DNA of 64,000 bases from positions 6,016,001 through 6,080,000 of the forward strand of contig JBKAGP010000001.1 of NCBI GenBank assembly GCA_046290465.1, given 5' to 3'. How positions within the stretch are numbered: position 1 is the stretch's first letter; each line of letters begins with the position of its first letter. A model generated the notes under the pieces. It was not told the origin of the DNA. It did not search any database and worked only from the letters and a program-made list of their open reading frames with translations. The DNA is from Planctomycetota bacterium (GTDB lineage Bacteria; Planctomycetota; UBA1135; UBA2386). Shown here one piece after another: positions 46,081-55,479 of the stretch. The translations under genes were made by a program, and so were the position numbers.

Positions 46081-48975
46081 ATGACCCTCGCAGCCACCAT
46101 CCTCCTTTCCGTCGTCCCGCAGGTCTTCCCGGGCGGCGACATCAAGCTCCCGCCGAAGAAGCCGACCGTCACAGAGCAGCAGGAGGTCCGGCCGCAGAAC
46201 GAGATCGATCGCTTCAAGCGCGACCTGCTCGACATGAACGGCCCGCGCGTCAAGGTCGAGGCCAAGCTCGACGAGATGGGCCGCGCCTACCCGCGCATCG
46301 AACTGCTGATCCTCGAGGTCGCCCGCACCGCGCGCGCCAACGAGTTGAAGAACCTGATGCCGGTCGCGCGCCGCTTCGGCCGCACCTCGGGCACGTCGCG
46401 GGTCGCCGACGAACTGCTGTTCCAGCTGCTCGCCCGATCCCTGCGCGACGCGACCCGTCCGGTGATCGAGACGATGGCGACGCTCAAGGGCAGCGAGGCC
46501 AAGGGCGCGCTCAAGCAGTGCGTGCGCGCGACGATCCCGCTGGTGCGGCGCCACGCGGTGCAGGTGCTCGGTCCGATGTGCGGTCAGGACGACGTGCCGT
46601 TCGCGCTGCAGCTGTCGCGCGAGCAGTCGCTCGACCTGCGCCTGCGCGGCGTCGACCTGCTGAAGGCGATCGGCGGCGATGCGGCGACCCGCCGGCTGGT
46701 CGAACTGCTGGCCAAGGACCCGGCGCTGGCCGCGGCCGCGTGCCGCGCGCTGGTCGCCGTCGGCACGCCGGCGGTCCCGGTGCTGACCGAACGCGTCACC
46801 GCGCCCGCGGTCGATCGCTCGTTCGCCTACGCGGCGTTCGCGCTGGCGCAGATCGGCGCCGACGGCAGCACCGAGGTGCTGCCCGAGTCGCTGCTCGACC
46901 CGCTGGCGAAGCGGCTGAAGTCGCCCGAGGCGCTGACCCGCGTGCTGGCAGCGGTGCCGTTGTCGGACCTGGTCTACCGGGCCTCGCCCGGCGAAGGCGA
47001 CCAGGTCGACGACCGGATCTCGCAGCTCGACCGCGACCTGGTCGAGACGCTGCTGCTGGTGGTCGAGCCCAAGCAGTTCGTGCCCAACCTCGACATGCTG
47101 CGCAACCCGGCCGAGCAGCGGCTGCTGCGCCACACCGGCCGCGTCGTGGCCGCGGCCGAGCCGCTGTCGTGGCGCGAGTGGTGGGACACCAACCGCGACA
47201 CCTTCCTCGGCGTGCGCGCGCAGCTGTCGGTCACTGAGAAGAACGCCGGCACCGCGGTCGTGACGCTGCGCCAGCAGGGGCGCGTCGTGCGCGTGCTCGG
47301 CGAGCACATGGCCGGCCTCGAGGTGCACCAGGACGCGATCGAGGTGCTGCTGCCGGCCGATCGCATGCAGCAGCTGATCCAGAAGCTCGAGAACGACGGC
47401 TTCGGCAACCCGGCCGCGATGCACGTCGACAGCGCGCTGCCGCGCGTGCGTTCGATCGACGTGCGCGTCTCCGGGGGCCGCAGCAGCGTCGCCGTCACCG
47501 AACGGGAGCACCTGGCGTTCGACAGCATGGTCGCGGCGGTCGAGGCGGTCGTCGACGCGCAGCTGTGGCAGCTCTACCGGGTCGCCGCCGACGAACCGAA
47601 TCGCGGTGCGTTCTGGCGCTCGGAGCGGCGCTGGCTCGACGAGAACCCGGACGAACTGGTGCGGGCTCGCCGCTTCGTCGAGCGCGTCGTGCGCGGCTGG
47701 GCCGGCTGGAACGAGACCCTGCAGGCGCGCGCGATCGGCTACCTGGCGTCGCACCCGCAGCGCAAGGCGCTGCTGCGCGAGCAGGACGGCGACGCGATGC
47801 TGAAGGCGCTGCGCGAGCTGCCGAAGCTCGAGAAGTTCGACCTGCAGCTGCTCGAGGTCGCGGCCAGCGTGCCGGGCGACCGGGTCTGGCGCGACTGCGT
47901 CGAACTGGCGATCACCGCCGACGGCGGCGGCCGCCAGGCGGTCAAGTCGGTGTTCCAGGTGCTCGGTCCCGATGCCGTGCTCAGCGCGCTCAAGGACGAA
48001 CGTCCGCTGGTGCGCCGCGCCGCCGTCGACGAGGTCGTCGCCGGCCGCGACCTGCGCGCCGCGCCGACGCTGGTCGCGATGCTCTCCGACAGCGACTTCC
48101 AGGTGCAGCGCGCGGCGGTGTTCGCGTGCGGCCACCTGCGCATCACCACGGCCAGCAGGCCGCTGGTCGACCTGATCGTCGACGAGAAGACCGACCCGCA
48201 GCTGCGTCGCGAGACGCTGCGTGCGCTCGGCCGCGTCGGCGGCCCGCTGGCGTTCGAGGTGCTCGAGAAGGCGATGCAGGCGCCCGGCAAGGCCGACAAG
48301 GAAGCGGCGCTGCGTGGCCTCGGTGAGCTGCGCGACCCGCGCGCCGCGCACCTGCTGTGCGAGTTCGTCGTCGTCGGCCACGGCAAGGAGTTCGGCGAGC
48401 TGGCCAAGTTCAACCTGCAGCGGCTCGGCGGCGTGCTGGTCACGCCGGCGGTGCGGCGGCAGATCCCGCTGGTGCAGGACGAACGCATCCGCGCCGACCT
48501 GGTGCTGCTGCTCGGCCTCTACCAGGACCCGGAGAACGTGCCGGAGCTGATGGACCTGCTGCGGCAGCCGCGCTACGCCGGTGAGGCTGCGCCGCTGATC
48601 GAGGGCGCGACCGGCGTCGACCTGGCCAACGCTCCCGACCGCATCACCGAGATCGAGACCTGGTGGCGCGAGCACAAGGACGACCCGCAGTGGCGCTGGT
48701 TCCTCGACGGGCTGCGCGAGGCGGGCGTCGTGCACAAGCTGAAGCCGGCCGACTTCGCGCTCGGGGCCGAACTGGCCGCGGTGCCGGAGCTGTGCCGCCT
48801 GATGGTCGAGCTCGAGTCGCCGCGCCTGTGGGTGCTGGCCTCGGCGGTGCTGCGCACCGTGGCCAAGGAGGACAACGGCGTGGTCACCATGCAGACGCCG
48901 CCCGACATCCGCGAGGGCATCGCCGGCCGCTACCGCGTGCTGGCCGACACGGCGCGCGCCGCGAAGGGCAAGTGA
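46081..48975 (+). CDS. Large HEAT-repeat protein, probably exported
   Basis: Repeats such as ALKDERPLVRRAAV, MLSDSDFQVQRAAVFACG, ALRGLGELRDPRA; hydrophobic N-terminus. Confidence 0.8.
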   Translation: MTLAATILLSVVPQVFPGGDIKLPPKKPTVTEQQEVRPQNEIDRFKRDLLDMNGPRVKVEAKLDEMGRAYPRIELLILEVARTARANELKNLMPVARRFGRTSGTSRVADELLFQLLARSLRDATRPVIETMATLKGSEAKGALKQCVRATIPLVRRHAVQVLGPMCGQDDVPFALQLSREQSLDLRLRGVDLLKAIGGDAATRRLVELLAKDPALAAAACRALVAVGTPAVPVLTERVTAPAVDRSFAYAAFALAQIGADGSTEVLPESLLDPLAKRLKSPEALTRVLAAVPLSDLVYRASPGEGDQVDDRISQLDRDLVETLLLVVEPKQFVPNLDMLRNPAEQRLLRHTGRVVAAAEPLSWREWWDTNRDTFLGVRAQLSVTEKNAGTAVVTLRQQGRVVRVLGEHMAGLEVHQDAIEVLLPADRMQQLIQKLENDGFGNPAAMHVDSALPRVRSIDVRVSGGRSSVAVTEREHLAFDSMVAAVEAVVDAQLWQLYRVAADEPNRGAFWRSERRWLDENPDELVRARRFVERVVRGWAGWNETLQARAIGYLASHPQRKALLREQDGDAMLKALRELPKLEKFDLQLLEVAASVPGDRVWRDCVELAITADGGGRQAVKSVFQVLGPDAVLSALKDERPLVRRAAVDEVVAGRDLRAAPTLVAMLSDSDFQVQRAAVFACGHLRITTASRPLVDLIVDEKTDPQLRRETLRALGRVGGPLAFEVLEKAMQAPGKADKEAALRGLGELRDPRAAHLLCEFVVVGHGKEFGELAKFNLQRLGGVLVTPAVRRQIPLVQDERIRADLVLLLGLYQDPENVPELMDLLRQPRYAGEAAPLIEGATGVDLANAPDRITEIETWWREHKDDPQWRWFLDGLREAGVVHKLKPADFALGAELAAVPELCRLMVELESPRLWVLASAVLRTVAKEDNGVVTMQTPPDIREGIAGRYRVLADTARAAKGK

Positions 48976-49325
48976 GCGGCCGCGGCTCGTGGCCGCCGCT
49001 GGTGGCGTTCGCGGCGCTGTTCGTGCTGGCGTTCTGGCTGCAGCGCAGCCGCTCGACGTTCCTGCGGATCGAGCGGCAGCGCGAGCTGGCCCTTGCCATC
49101 GCGAACGAGCGCGACCTGCCGCTCGCCGACGTGTTCGCGTTGCGCGACCTGGTCGGCGTCGACGCGCCACCGGTGCGCTGGCGCGAGGCCGCGCGGCGGC
49201 TGCAGCAGGCCCGTCAGGGCGGTGCGTTGGCGCACGGCCTGCTGGCCCTGACCAGCGACGAGGTGACGGTGCGGCGGTTCGAGCTGTTACGAGAACGCTT
49301 CGCCGCGCGTCATCCTGGCTATTGA
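48972..49325 (+). CDS. Small membrane-anchored hypothetical protein
   Basis: GTG overlapping the upstream TGA; N-terminal TM WPPLVAFAALFVLAFWL. Confidence 0.55.
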   Translation: MSGRGSWPPLVAFAALFVLAFWLQRSRSTFLRIERQRELALAIANERDLPLADVFALRDLVGVDAPPVRWREAARRLQQARQGGALAHGLLALTSDEVTVRRFELLRERFAARHPGY

Positions 49326-49377
49326 GGAGTGTTGGTGCGCCGCTAACGTTGTCCGCCGATTTTCGAACGGACCGCCC

Positions 49378-50367
49378 ATGACCGACGTCGCCGCCATCGC
49401 CCAACGAATCCAAGCCGAGAGCCGGACGCTCCAGGCCGTGCGCACGTCGCTGCAGAGCGTCATCGTCGGCCAGGACGCGCTGCTCGACGGCCTCCTGATC
49501 GCCCTGCTCGCCGACGGCCACGTGCTGCTCGAGGGCCTGCCGGGCCTCGCCAAGTCGCTGGCCGTCAATGCGCTGGCGCGCACGGTCGGCGGCGAGTTCC
49601 GCCGCATCCAGTTCACCCCGGACCTGCTGCCGGCCGACCTGGTCGGCACCCACGTCTACAACCCCAAGACGGGCGACTGGCAGGTCAAGGAGGGGCCGGT
49701 GTTCGCGAACTTCGTGCTCGCCGACGAGATCAACCGGGCGCCGGCCAAGGTGCAGTCGGCGCTGCTCGAGGCGATGCAGGAACGGCAGGTCACGCTGGCC
49801 GGCGACACCCGCAAGCTGCCCGATCCGTTCCTGGTGCTGGCGACGCAGAACCCGGTCGAGCAGGAGGGCACCTATGCGCTGCCCGAGGCGCAGGTCGACC
49901 GCTTCCTGGTCAAGCTGGTGGTCGGCTACCCGAGCAAGGACGAGGAGCTGAAGATCATCGACCGGATGGCCGGCCTGTCGTCGTCCACCGACGTGCAGCA
50001 GGCGACCACGCCGGAGGAGCTGCTGAAGATGCGGCAGCTGCTCGACACGATCTACCTCGACGACAAGGTCAAGGGCTACATCGTCGACCTGGTGTTCGCG
50101 ACCCGCGAGCCCGAGCAGGTCGGCCTGCAGAAGCTCGCGCCGCTGATCCTCTACGGCGCCTCGCCGCGCGCGTCGCTGGCGCTGGCCCGCACCGCGCGCG
50201 CCCGCGCGTTCCTCGAGGGCCGTGGCTTCGTGACGCCGCAGGACGTCAAGGCGGTCGGGGCGATGGTGCTGCGGCACCGCGTGCTGACCACCTACGAGGC
50301 CGAGGCCGAGGGCATCGACAGCGAAGCCGTGCTGCGCACGGTCTTCGACACCGTGCCGGTCCCGTAG
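49378..50367 (+). CDS. moxR: MoxR-family AAA+ ATPase
   Basis: GHVLLEGLPGLAKS; RIQFTPDLLPAD; LADEINRAPAKVQSALLEAMQE; ATQNPVEQEGTY; GASPRA. Confidence 0.96.
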   Translation: MTDVAAIAQRIQAESRTLQAVRTSLQSVIVGQDALLDGLLIALLADGHVLLEGLPGLAKSLAVNALARTVGGEFRRIQFTPDLLPADLVGTHVYNPKTGDWQVKEGPVFANFVLADEINRAPAKVQSALLEAMQERQVTLAGDTRKLPDPFLVLATQNPVEQEGTYALPEAQVDRFLVKLVVGYPSKDEELKIIDRMAGLSSSTDVQQATTPEELLKMRQLLDTIYLDDKVKGYIVDLVFATREPEQVGLQKLAPLILYGASPRASLALARTARARAFLEGRGFVTPQDVKAVGAMVLRHRVLTTYEAEAEGIDSEAVLRTVFDTVPVP

Positions 50368-50386
50368 CACCGCGGACGCTCGAGGC

Positions 50387-51343
50387 ATGACCGGCGCGCT
50401 CGATCCCGAACTGCTGGCCGAGGCCCGCCGCATCCAGCTGCGCGCCGACCGCATGGTCACCGACGTGATGTCGGGCGGCTACAGCTCGGTGTTCCGCGGC
50501 TCGGGTATCGAGTTCGACGAGGTGCGCGAGTTCGCCGAGGGCGACGAGCTGCGCAGCGTCGACTGGAACGTCACCGCGCGCGTCGGCCGGCCGTTCGTCA
50601 AGAAGTTCGTCGAGGAGCGCGAGCTGACGGTGCTGTTCCTGCTCGACGTCTCGTCGTCGATGGACTTCGGCACCCGGCCGGCGGCGCGCCGCCGCGAGTC
50701 GCGCACCGCCGCGGCGACCGCGGCGCTGTTCGTCGGCTGCGTCGCGTTCGCCGCGGCGCGCAACAACGACAAGGCCGGGCTGATCACGTTCTCCGACGAC
50801 GTCGGCCGCTACGTGCCCGCCAAGAAGGGGCGCAACCACGTGCTGCGGTTGATCCGCGAGGCGCTGGTGCCGCCGCTGCCGCAACACGGCACCGACCTGC
50901 AGAAGGCGCTCGACTACGCCGGCCGCGTGCAGCGCAAGCGCGCGATCGTGTTCGTCATCAGCGACTTCCTCGCGCCCGGCGGCGTCGGCGCCTACGAGCG
51001 CGAACTCAAGCTGCTGTCGCGCCGCCACGAGGTCATCGCGGTGCGCGTGCGGGACCCGTTCGCCGCCGGCCTCGACCGCGCGCAGGGCGACGTGGCCCGG
51101 CTGCCCGACGCAGGCCTGCTGCACCTGGTCGATCCCGAGGACGGCCGCAGCGTCGTCGTCGACACCGGCAGCCGCCAGGTGCGCGACGAACTGCAGCGTC
51201 GCTGGCGCGACGAACGCCAGCGGCTGCGCGAAGTCTGCCGTCGCAGCGGCGTCGACCTGCTCGACGTGCCGACCGAGGGGTCGGTCGCCGACCCGCTGGT
51301 GCGGTTCTTCCGCATGCGCGAGCTGCGGGGGGCAAAGCGATGA
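50387..51343 (+). CDS. DUF58 (VWA-like) protein
   Basis: SVFRGSGIEFDEVREFAEGD..RSVDWNVTAR; DVSSSM; ISDF. Confidence 0.93.
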   Translation: MTGALDPELLAEARRIQLRADRMVTDVMSGGYSSVFRGSGIEFDEVREFAEGDELRSVDWNVTARVGRPFVKKFVEERELTVLFLLDVSSSMDFGTRPAARRRESRTAAATAALFVGCVAFAAARNNDKAGLITFSDDVGRYVPAKKGRNHVLRLIREALVPPLPQHGTDLQKALDYAGRVQRKRAIVFVISDFLAPGGVGAYERELKLLSRRHEVIAVRVRDPFAAGLDRAQGDVARLPDAGLLHLVDPEDGRSVVVDTGSRQVRDELQRRWRDERQRLREVCRRSGVDLLDVPTEGSVADPLVRFFRMRELRGAKR

Positions 51344-52368
51344 GGCGCGCCGCCTCGATCGCGGCCCTGCTGATGACGCTGTCCGGCTGCAGCGGCGGGG
51401 GCGGGGCGTCGCCGTGGTCGACGCCGCCGACGCTCGCGGTCGACGTGCGGGTCACGGTCGAGCCGACCGAGGTCGCGCTGCTGCATCCGGTCACGGTGAC
51501 CGTCGACCGCTACCGCCGCGACGGCGTCGAGGCCACCTTCGCGCCGGCCTTCGACGACAAGGTCTGGGTCGAACAGGCGCGGCAGGACACAGACGAGCGC
51601 GCGCTCGGCGACGGCCACTGGCAACGCTCGACGTTCACGCTGCTGCCGATCGACGGTCCGGGCGAACGGCGCGTGCCGGCGTTCCGCGTCGAGACCGTAG
51701 TCGCGGACGGCGACGCGCCGGAGGTGGCGACGACCGAGGAGGTCGTCGTGCTGGTGACGTCGACGCTGTCCGACGCACACGGCGCCGAGATCGAGGCGCC
51801 GGGCGAGCCGTTCGCGACGCCGCTGTCCTGGTGGTGGTGGGCCGGGGCCGCGGCGGCGCTGCTGCTGGTCGCCGGGTGGGTGCTGCTGTCGCGGCGGCGG
51901 CGGGCACCGCGGCCCGAGCACCTGACGATCGACGCGCCGGCGCACATCCGCGCGCTGCGCGAACTGCAGCGCTGGCGCACCGCGCCGCGCACGACGCCGC
52001 AGGAGATCGAGGCGTTCTACGTCGGCGTGTCGCAGGTGCTGCGCGTCTACCTCGAGGAGCGCTTCGGGCTGCACGCGCCGGAGCGCACCACCGAGGAGTT
52101 CCTGCGCGACCTCGAGGCCGGCGACGAGCTGGTGCGCGAGCACCGCGACGAACTGGAGCACTTCCTGTCGCAGTGCGACATGGTCAAGTTTGCCCGCCAC
52201 GTGCCGACCGGCGAGGAGCACGACCTGGCGTTCTCGCTGGCCGAGGCGTTCGTCGAGTCGACGCGCGTCGATCGCGCGCCCGAGCGCGACGGCGTTGGCG
52301 GCCTCGGCGGCGATACCGGCAGCGGCCTCGGCGAGGGGCGCCTCGGCGAACGGGAGGTCGCGTCGTGA
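51340..52368 (+). CDS. Bat-cluster accessory membrane/lipoprotein
   Basis: Lipobox-like LSGC; one TM; LRVYLEERF...APERTTEEFL...DMVKFA, typical of the gene between DUF58 and batA. Confidence 0.75.
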   Translation: MRRAASIAALLMTLSGCSGGGGASPWSTPPTLAVDVRVTVEPTEVALLHPVTVTVDRYRRDGVEATFAPAFDDKVWVEQARQDTDERALGDGHWQRSTFTLLPIDGPGERRVPAFRVETVVADGDAPEVATTEEVVVLVTSTLSDAHGAEIEAPGEPFATPLSWWWWAGAAAALLLVAGWVLLSRRRRAPRPEHLTIDAPAHIRALRELQRWRTAPRTTPQEIEAFYVGVSQVLRVYLEERFGLHAPERTTEEFLRDLEAGDELVREHRDELEHFLSQCDMVKFARHVPTGEEHDLAFSLAEAFVESTRVDRAPERDGVGGLGGDTGSGLGEGRLGEREVAS

Positions 52369-53333
52369 CGCTGCTCGGCTACACGCTGCTCGATCCGTGG
52401 TTCCTGCTGGCGATCCCGCTGGTGCTGCTGGCCGTCTGGCGCCGGCTCGCGACGCGCCGCGCGGCGCTGCCGACCGCCGCTGCGCACCTGTTCGCGGGCC
52501 TGCCGCGCACGCTGCGGCAGCGGCTGGCGTGGCTGCCGCTGCTGCTGCTGGCGATCAGCGGCGTCGCGCTGGCGCTGGCGCTGGCGCGGCCGGTCGAGCG
52601 CGAGGTCGTGCCGCTGCGCGAGGACGGCATCGACATCGTGCTGGCCGTCGACGTCAGCTCGTCGATGCTGCAGGAGGACATGCGCGCCAACGAGGCCTAC
52701 CGGCGCATGGACGCCGCGCGCGAGCGCGCCGAGCAGTTCGCGGCGGCGCGCAACCGCGATCGCGTCGGCGTGGTGGCGTTTGCCCGCTACGCCGAACTGC
52801 GCTGCCCGCCGACGCTCGACGAAGAGGCGCTCGGCGCCTTCCTGCGGGTGCTCGACACGGTGCCGCGCGGCAGCGAGTTCGACGCGACCGCCATTGGCGT
52901 CGCGCTGGCCAAGGCGGTCGAGGTGCTGTCCCGTTCGGACGCCAGGTCCAAGGTCGTGATCCTGCTCAGCGACGGCGAGAACAACGTCGACTCGATCCTG
53001 CCCGAGGACGCGGCGCGGCTGGCCAAGGACGCCGGCGTGCGCGTGCACACGATCGGCCTCGGCCACGGCCGGCCGTCGGCGTTCGGGTTCATGCCGCTGG
53101 CGTTCGACTCGCTCAAGCAGATCGCCAACGCGACCGACGGCGAGTTCTTCGAGGCGCGCAGCGACGACGACCTGGCCGGCGTCTACGAGCGCATCGACGA
53201 GCTGGAGACCAGCGAGCGCGAGGATCCGCGCTACCGCACCGTCGACCGGTTCGAACTGCCGCTCGCCGTCGGCCTGCTGCTGCTGCTGGTCGGCGTGCTG
53301 TTCGAGGCGTTGGTCGTGCGGAGGGTGCCGTGA
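52365..53333 (+). CDS. batA: VWA-domain protein BatA
   Basis: N-terminal PWFLL; ALARP; MIDAS DVSSSM; TAIGVAL; ILLSDGENN; HTIGLG. Confidence 0.9.
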   Translation: MTLLGYTLLDPWFLLAIPLVLLAVWRRLATRRAALPTAAAHLFAGLPRTLRQRLAWLPLLLLAISGVALALALARPVEREVVPLREDGIDIVLAVDVSSSMLQEDMRANEAYRRMDAARERAEQFAAARNRDRVGVVAFARYAELRCPPTLDEEALGAFLRVLDTVPRGSEFDATAIGVALAKAVEVLSRSDARSKVVILLSDGENNVDSILPEDAARLAKDAGVRVHTIGLGHGRPSAFGFMPLAFDSLKQIANATDGEFFEARSDDDLAGVYERIDELETSEREDPRYRTVDRFELPLAVGLLLLLVGVLFEALVVRRVP

Positions 53334-54319
53334 GCGACCTCGAGTTCGCGCGCGGGGAGCTGTGGCCGTGGCTTTTGACGCTGCCGGTGGTCTGGGCCGT
53401 GCTGTGGCTGGTGCTCGATCGCAACCGCGTCGCCAGAGCCCGCTACGGCGCCGAGCCGCTGACGCGGGTGCCGTCGCCGCTGTGGCGATCGCTGCGCCTG
53501 AGCGCGCTGCTGGGCCTCGGCTTCGTCTGCTGGCTCGACCCGCGCTGGGGCGACGAGGTCGTCGACGTCGAACGCCGCGGCCTCGACCTGATCTTCTGCC
53601 TCGACACGTCGCAGTCGATGCTCGCGCGCGACATGCAGCCGACGCGCCTCGACCGGGCCCGTCGCGACATCCGCTCGGTGCTGCGCCACATCGAGGGCGG
53701 CGACCGGGTCGGCCTGGTGGTGTTCGCCGGCGAGGCCCGGCTGTGGGTGCCGCTGACGCACGACGTCGCGTCGTTCGAAGGCCTGCTCGACGAGGTCGAC
53801 ACCAACATCGCGCGCACCGGCGGCACCGACCTCGGCAAGGCGCTGCGGCGCGGCCTGGAGCTGGCCGATCCCGACGACGTGCAGACGACCGTGGTGGTGC
53901 TGATGACCGACGGCGAGGACCTCGCCGGCGCCGGCCAGCAGGCGGCGTCCGAGCTCAAGGACCAGGGGCTGATCGTGTTCACGGTCGGCTACGGCAGCGC
54001 GCTCGGCAGCAAGATCACGATCGAACGCGACGGCAAGGAGCAGTTCCTGCGCGATCGCGACGGCAACGAGGTCGTCACGAGCATGGACCCGGAGAGCCTG
54101 CGCAAGGTCGCCGCGGTGACCGGCGGCGAGTTCGTGCGGGCCGAGGCGATGGCGCTGCCGCTGGTCGAACTGCACCAGAAGCGCTTCGTGCCGATGCAGA
54201 AGCGCGCCTACGACGCCGGGGAGGAGACCGGCAAGCAGGCCCGCTACCAGCTGGTGCTGCTGCCGCTCGTCGTTCTGCTACTGTTGGAGATCGCATTCGC
54301 GCACGGACGCCACCGATGA
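53330..54319 (+). CDS. batB: VWA-domain protein BatB
   Basis: PRWG; LDTSQSMLARD..PTRL; DRVGLVVFAGEA; PLTHD; MTDGED. Confidence 0.9.
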   Translation: MSDLEFARGELWPWLLTLPVVWAVLWLVLDRNRVARARYGAEPLTRVPSPLWRSLRLSALLGLGFVCWLDPRWGDEVVDVERRGLDLIFCLDTSQSMLARDMQPTRLDRARRDIRSVLRHIEGGDRVGLVVFAGEARLWVPLTHDVASFEGLLDEVDTNIARTGGTDLGKALRRGLELADPDDVQTTVVVLMTDGEDLAGAGQQAASELKDQGLIVFTVGYGSALGSKITIERDGKEQFLRDRDGNEVVTSMDPESLRKVAAVTGGEFVRAEAMALPLVELHQKRFVPMQKRAYDAGEETGKQARYQLVLLPLVVLLLLEIAFAHGRHR

Positions 54320-55479
54320 AGATGCTGTTGTCGACGATCGCCGCGCTGGCCGTCGCCCTTGGCGGCGGGGACCGCGAGGAAGGGCTGAAGCTCTACCGGC
54401 AGGGCAAGTACGCCGAGGCCCAGGCGGCGTTCACGCGCGCGCTCGAGCAGGACCCCGACTCCGCCGAACTGCAGTGGAACCTGGCGCTGGCGGCGTGGCG
54501 GGCCGGCGATCTCGCCACCGCCGAGACCGCGGCCGAGACCTACGCGGCGAGCTCCGAGCGCGCCAAGGAGGACCGGCACCGCGGCATGCTCGGTGCGATC
54601 CGCTACGCGGAGGCCGAGCAGTTCGAGCGCGACGCGGACGCGGCGCTGGCAGCGCCGCCGCCGCCGCCCGAACCCGGTCCCGACGACGAGCCGCCGAGCG
54701 ATCCGATGCCGCTGCTGGAGCGCGCGGTGCAGAAGGCGTTCCAGGCGAAGAACCACTTCGTGCGCGCGGTGCGCGCCAACCCGACGCCCGAACTGGTGCG
54801 CAACGCCGAGCGCGCCATCCAGAAGCTCGAGCAGCTGAAGAAGCGCCTCGAGGAGTTGATGGAGCAGCGCCAGCCGCAGCAACAGCCCGGGGACGGCGAC
54901 CAGCAGGATCCGCCGAACGAGGACGACCCGAAGCAGGACGGCGACCCCAAGCAGGGCGACCCCAAGCAGCCCGACCCCAAGCAGCCGGGCGAGCAGAAGG
55001 ATCCGCAGTCGCCTGAAGAGCCGTCGCCCGAACCGCAGTCGCCCGAGCAGCAGCAGCCCGAGAATGGGCAGCAGCCGCCGGAATCGCAGCCCGGGGAGGG
55101 CGAGCAGCCGCAGCCGGGCCAGGGCGAGGGCGCGCCGGAGGCACCCGAACCGAAGCCGGACGCATCGTCCGGCAACGAGCCTGGTGAGCCGCAGCCCCCG
55201 GAAGGCAAGCCAGACGGCAAGCCCGGCGACGAGCCCGGCGAACCGCAGCCGCAGCCGACCGACGAGCAGCAGGGCCAGCCCGATGGCTCCGACAAGCCGA
55301 TGGGCGCGCCGGAGCCCGAGCCGCGCACCGACGCGCCCGGTGAGGGCCTCGAAGGTCGCGAGCTGACTCCCGAACAGCAGAAGCGCCTGCTGGACCGGCT
55401 CAAGCAGCTCGATCAGGAGATGAAGAGGGCGCGGGCACGAGCGCGCGCCGGGCGCAAGCCGGTGGAGCGCGACTGGTGA
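54316..55479 (+). CDS. batC: TPR protein with a Q/P/E-rich low-complexity linker (BatC-like)
   Basis: GLKLYRQGKYAEAQAAFTRALEQDP TPR; QPE-rich tract; C-terminal KPVERDW. Confidence 0.8.
   Translation: MKMLLSTIAALAVALGGGDREEGLKLYRQGKYAEAQAAFTRALEQDPDSAELQWNLALAAWRAGDLATAETAAETYAASSERAKEDRHRGMLGAIRYAEAEQFERDADAALAAPPPPPEPGPDDEPPSDPMPLLERAVQKAFQAKNHFVRAVRANPTPELVRNAERAIQKLEQLKKRLEELMEQRQPQQQPGDGDQQDPPNEDDPKQDGDPKQGDPKQPDPKQPGEQKDPQSPEEPSPEPQSPEQQQPENGQQPPESQPGEGEQPQPGQGEGAPEAPEPKPDASSGNEPGEPQPPEGKPDGKPGDEPGEPQPQPTDEQQGQPDGSDKPMGAPEPEPRTDAPGEGLEGRELTPEQQKRLLDRLKQLDQEMKRARARARAGRKPVERDW

Noticed and set aside
40427..50460. Very long alternative-frame ORFs (e.g. 40427-45064, the 5' extension of 44956-50460; also 11669-16276)
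   Set aside because: These are Arg/Ala/Pro-rich or antisense shadows of real genes, expected in high-GC DNA with few stop codons.
54860..55340. Q/P/E/D-rich repetitive tract
   Set aside because: A low-complexity linker is normal for BatC-type proteins.
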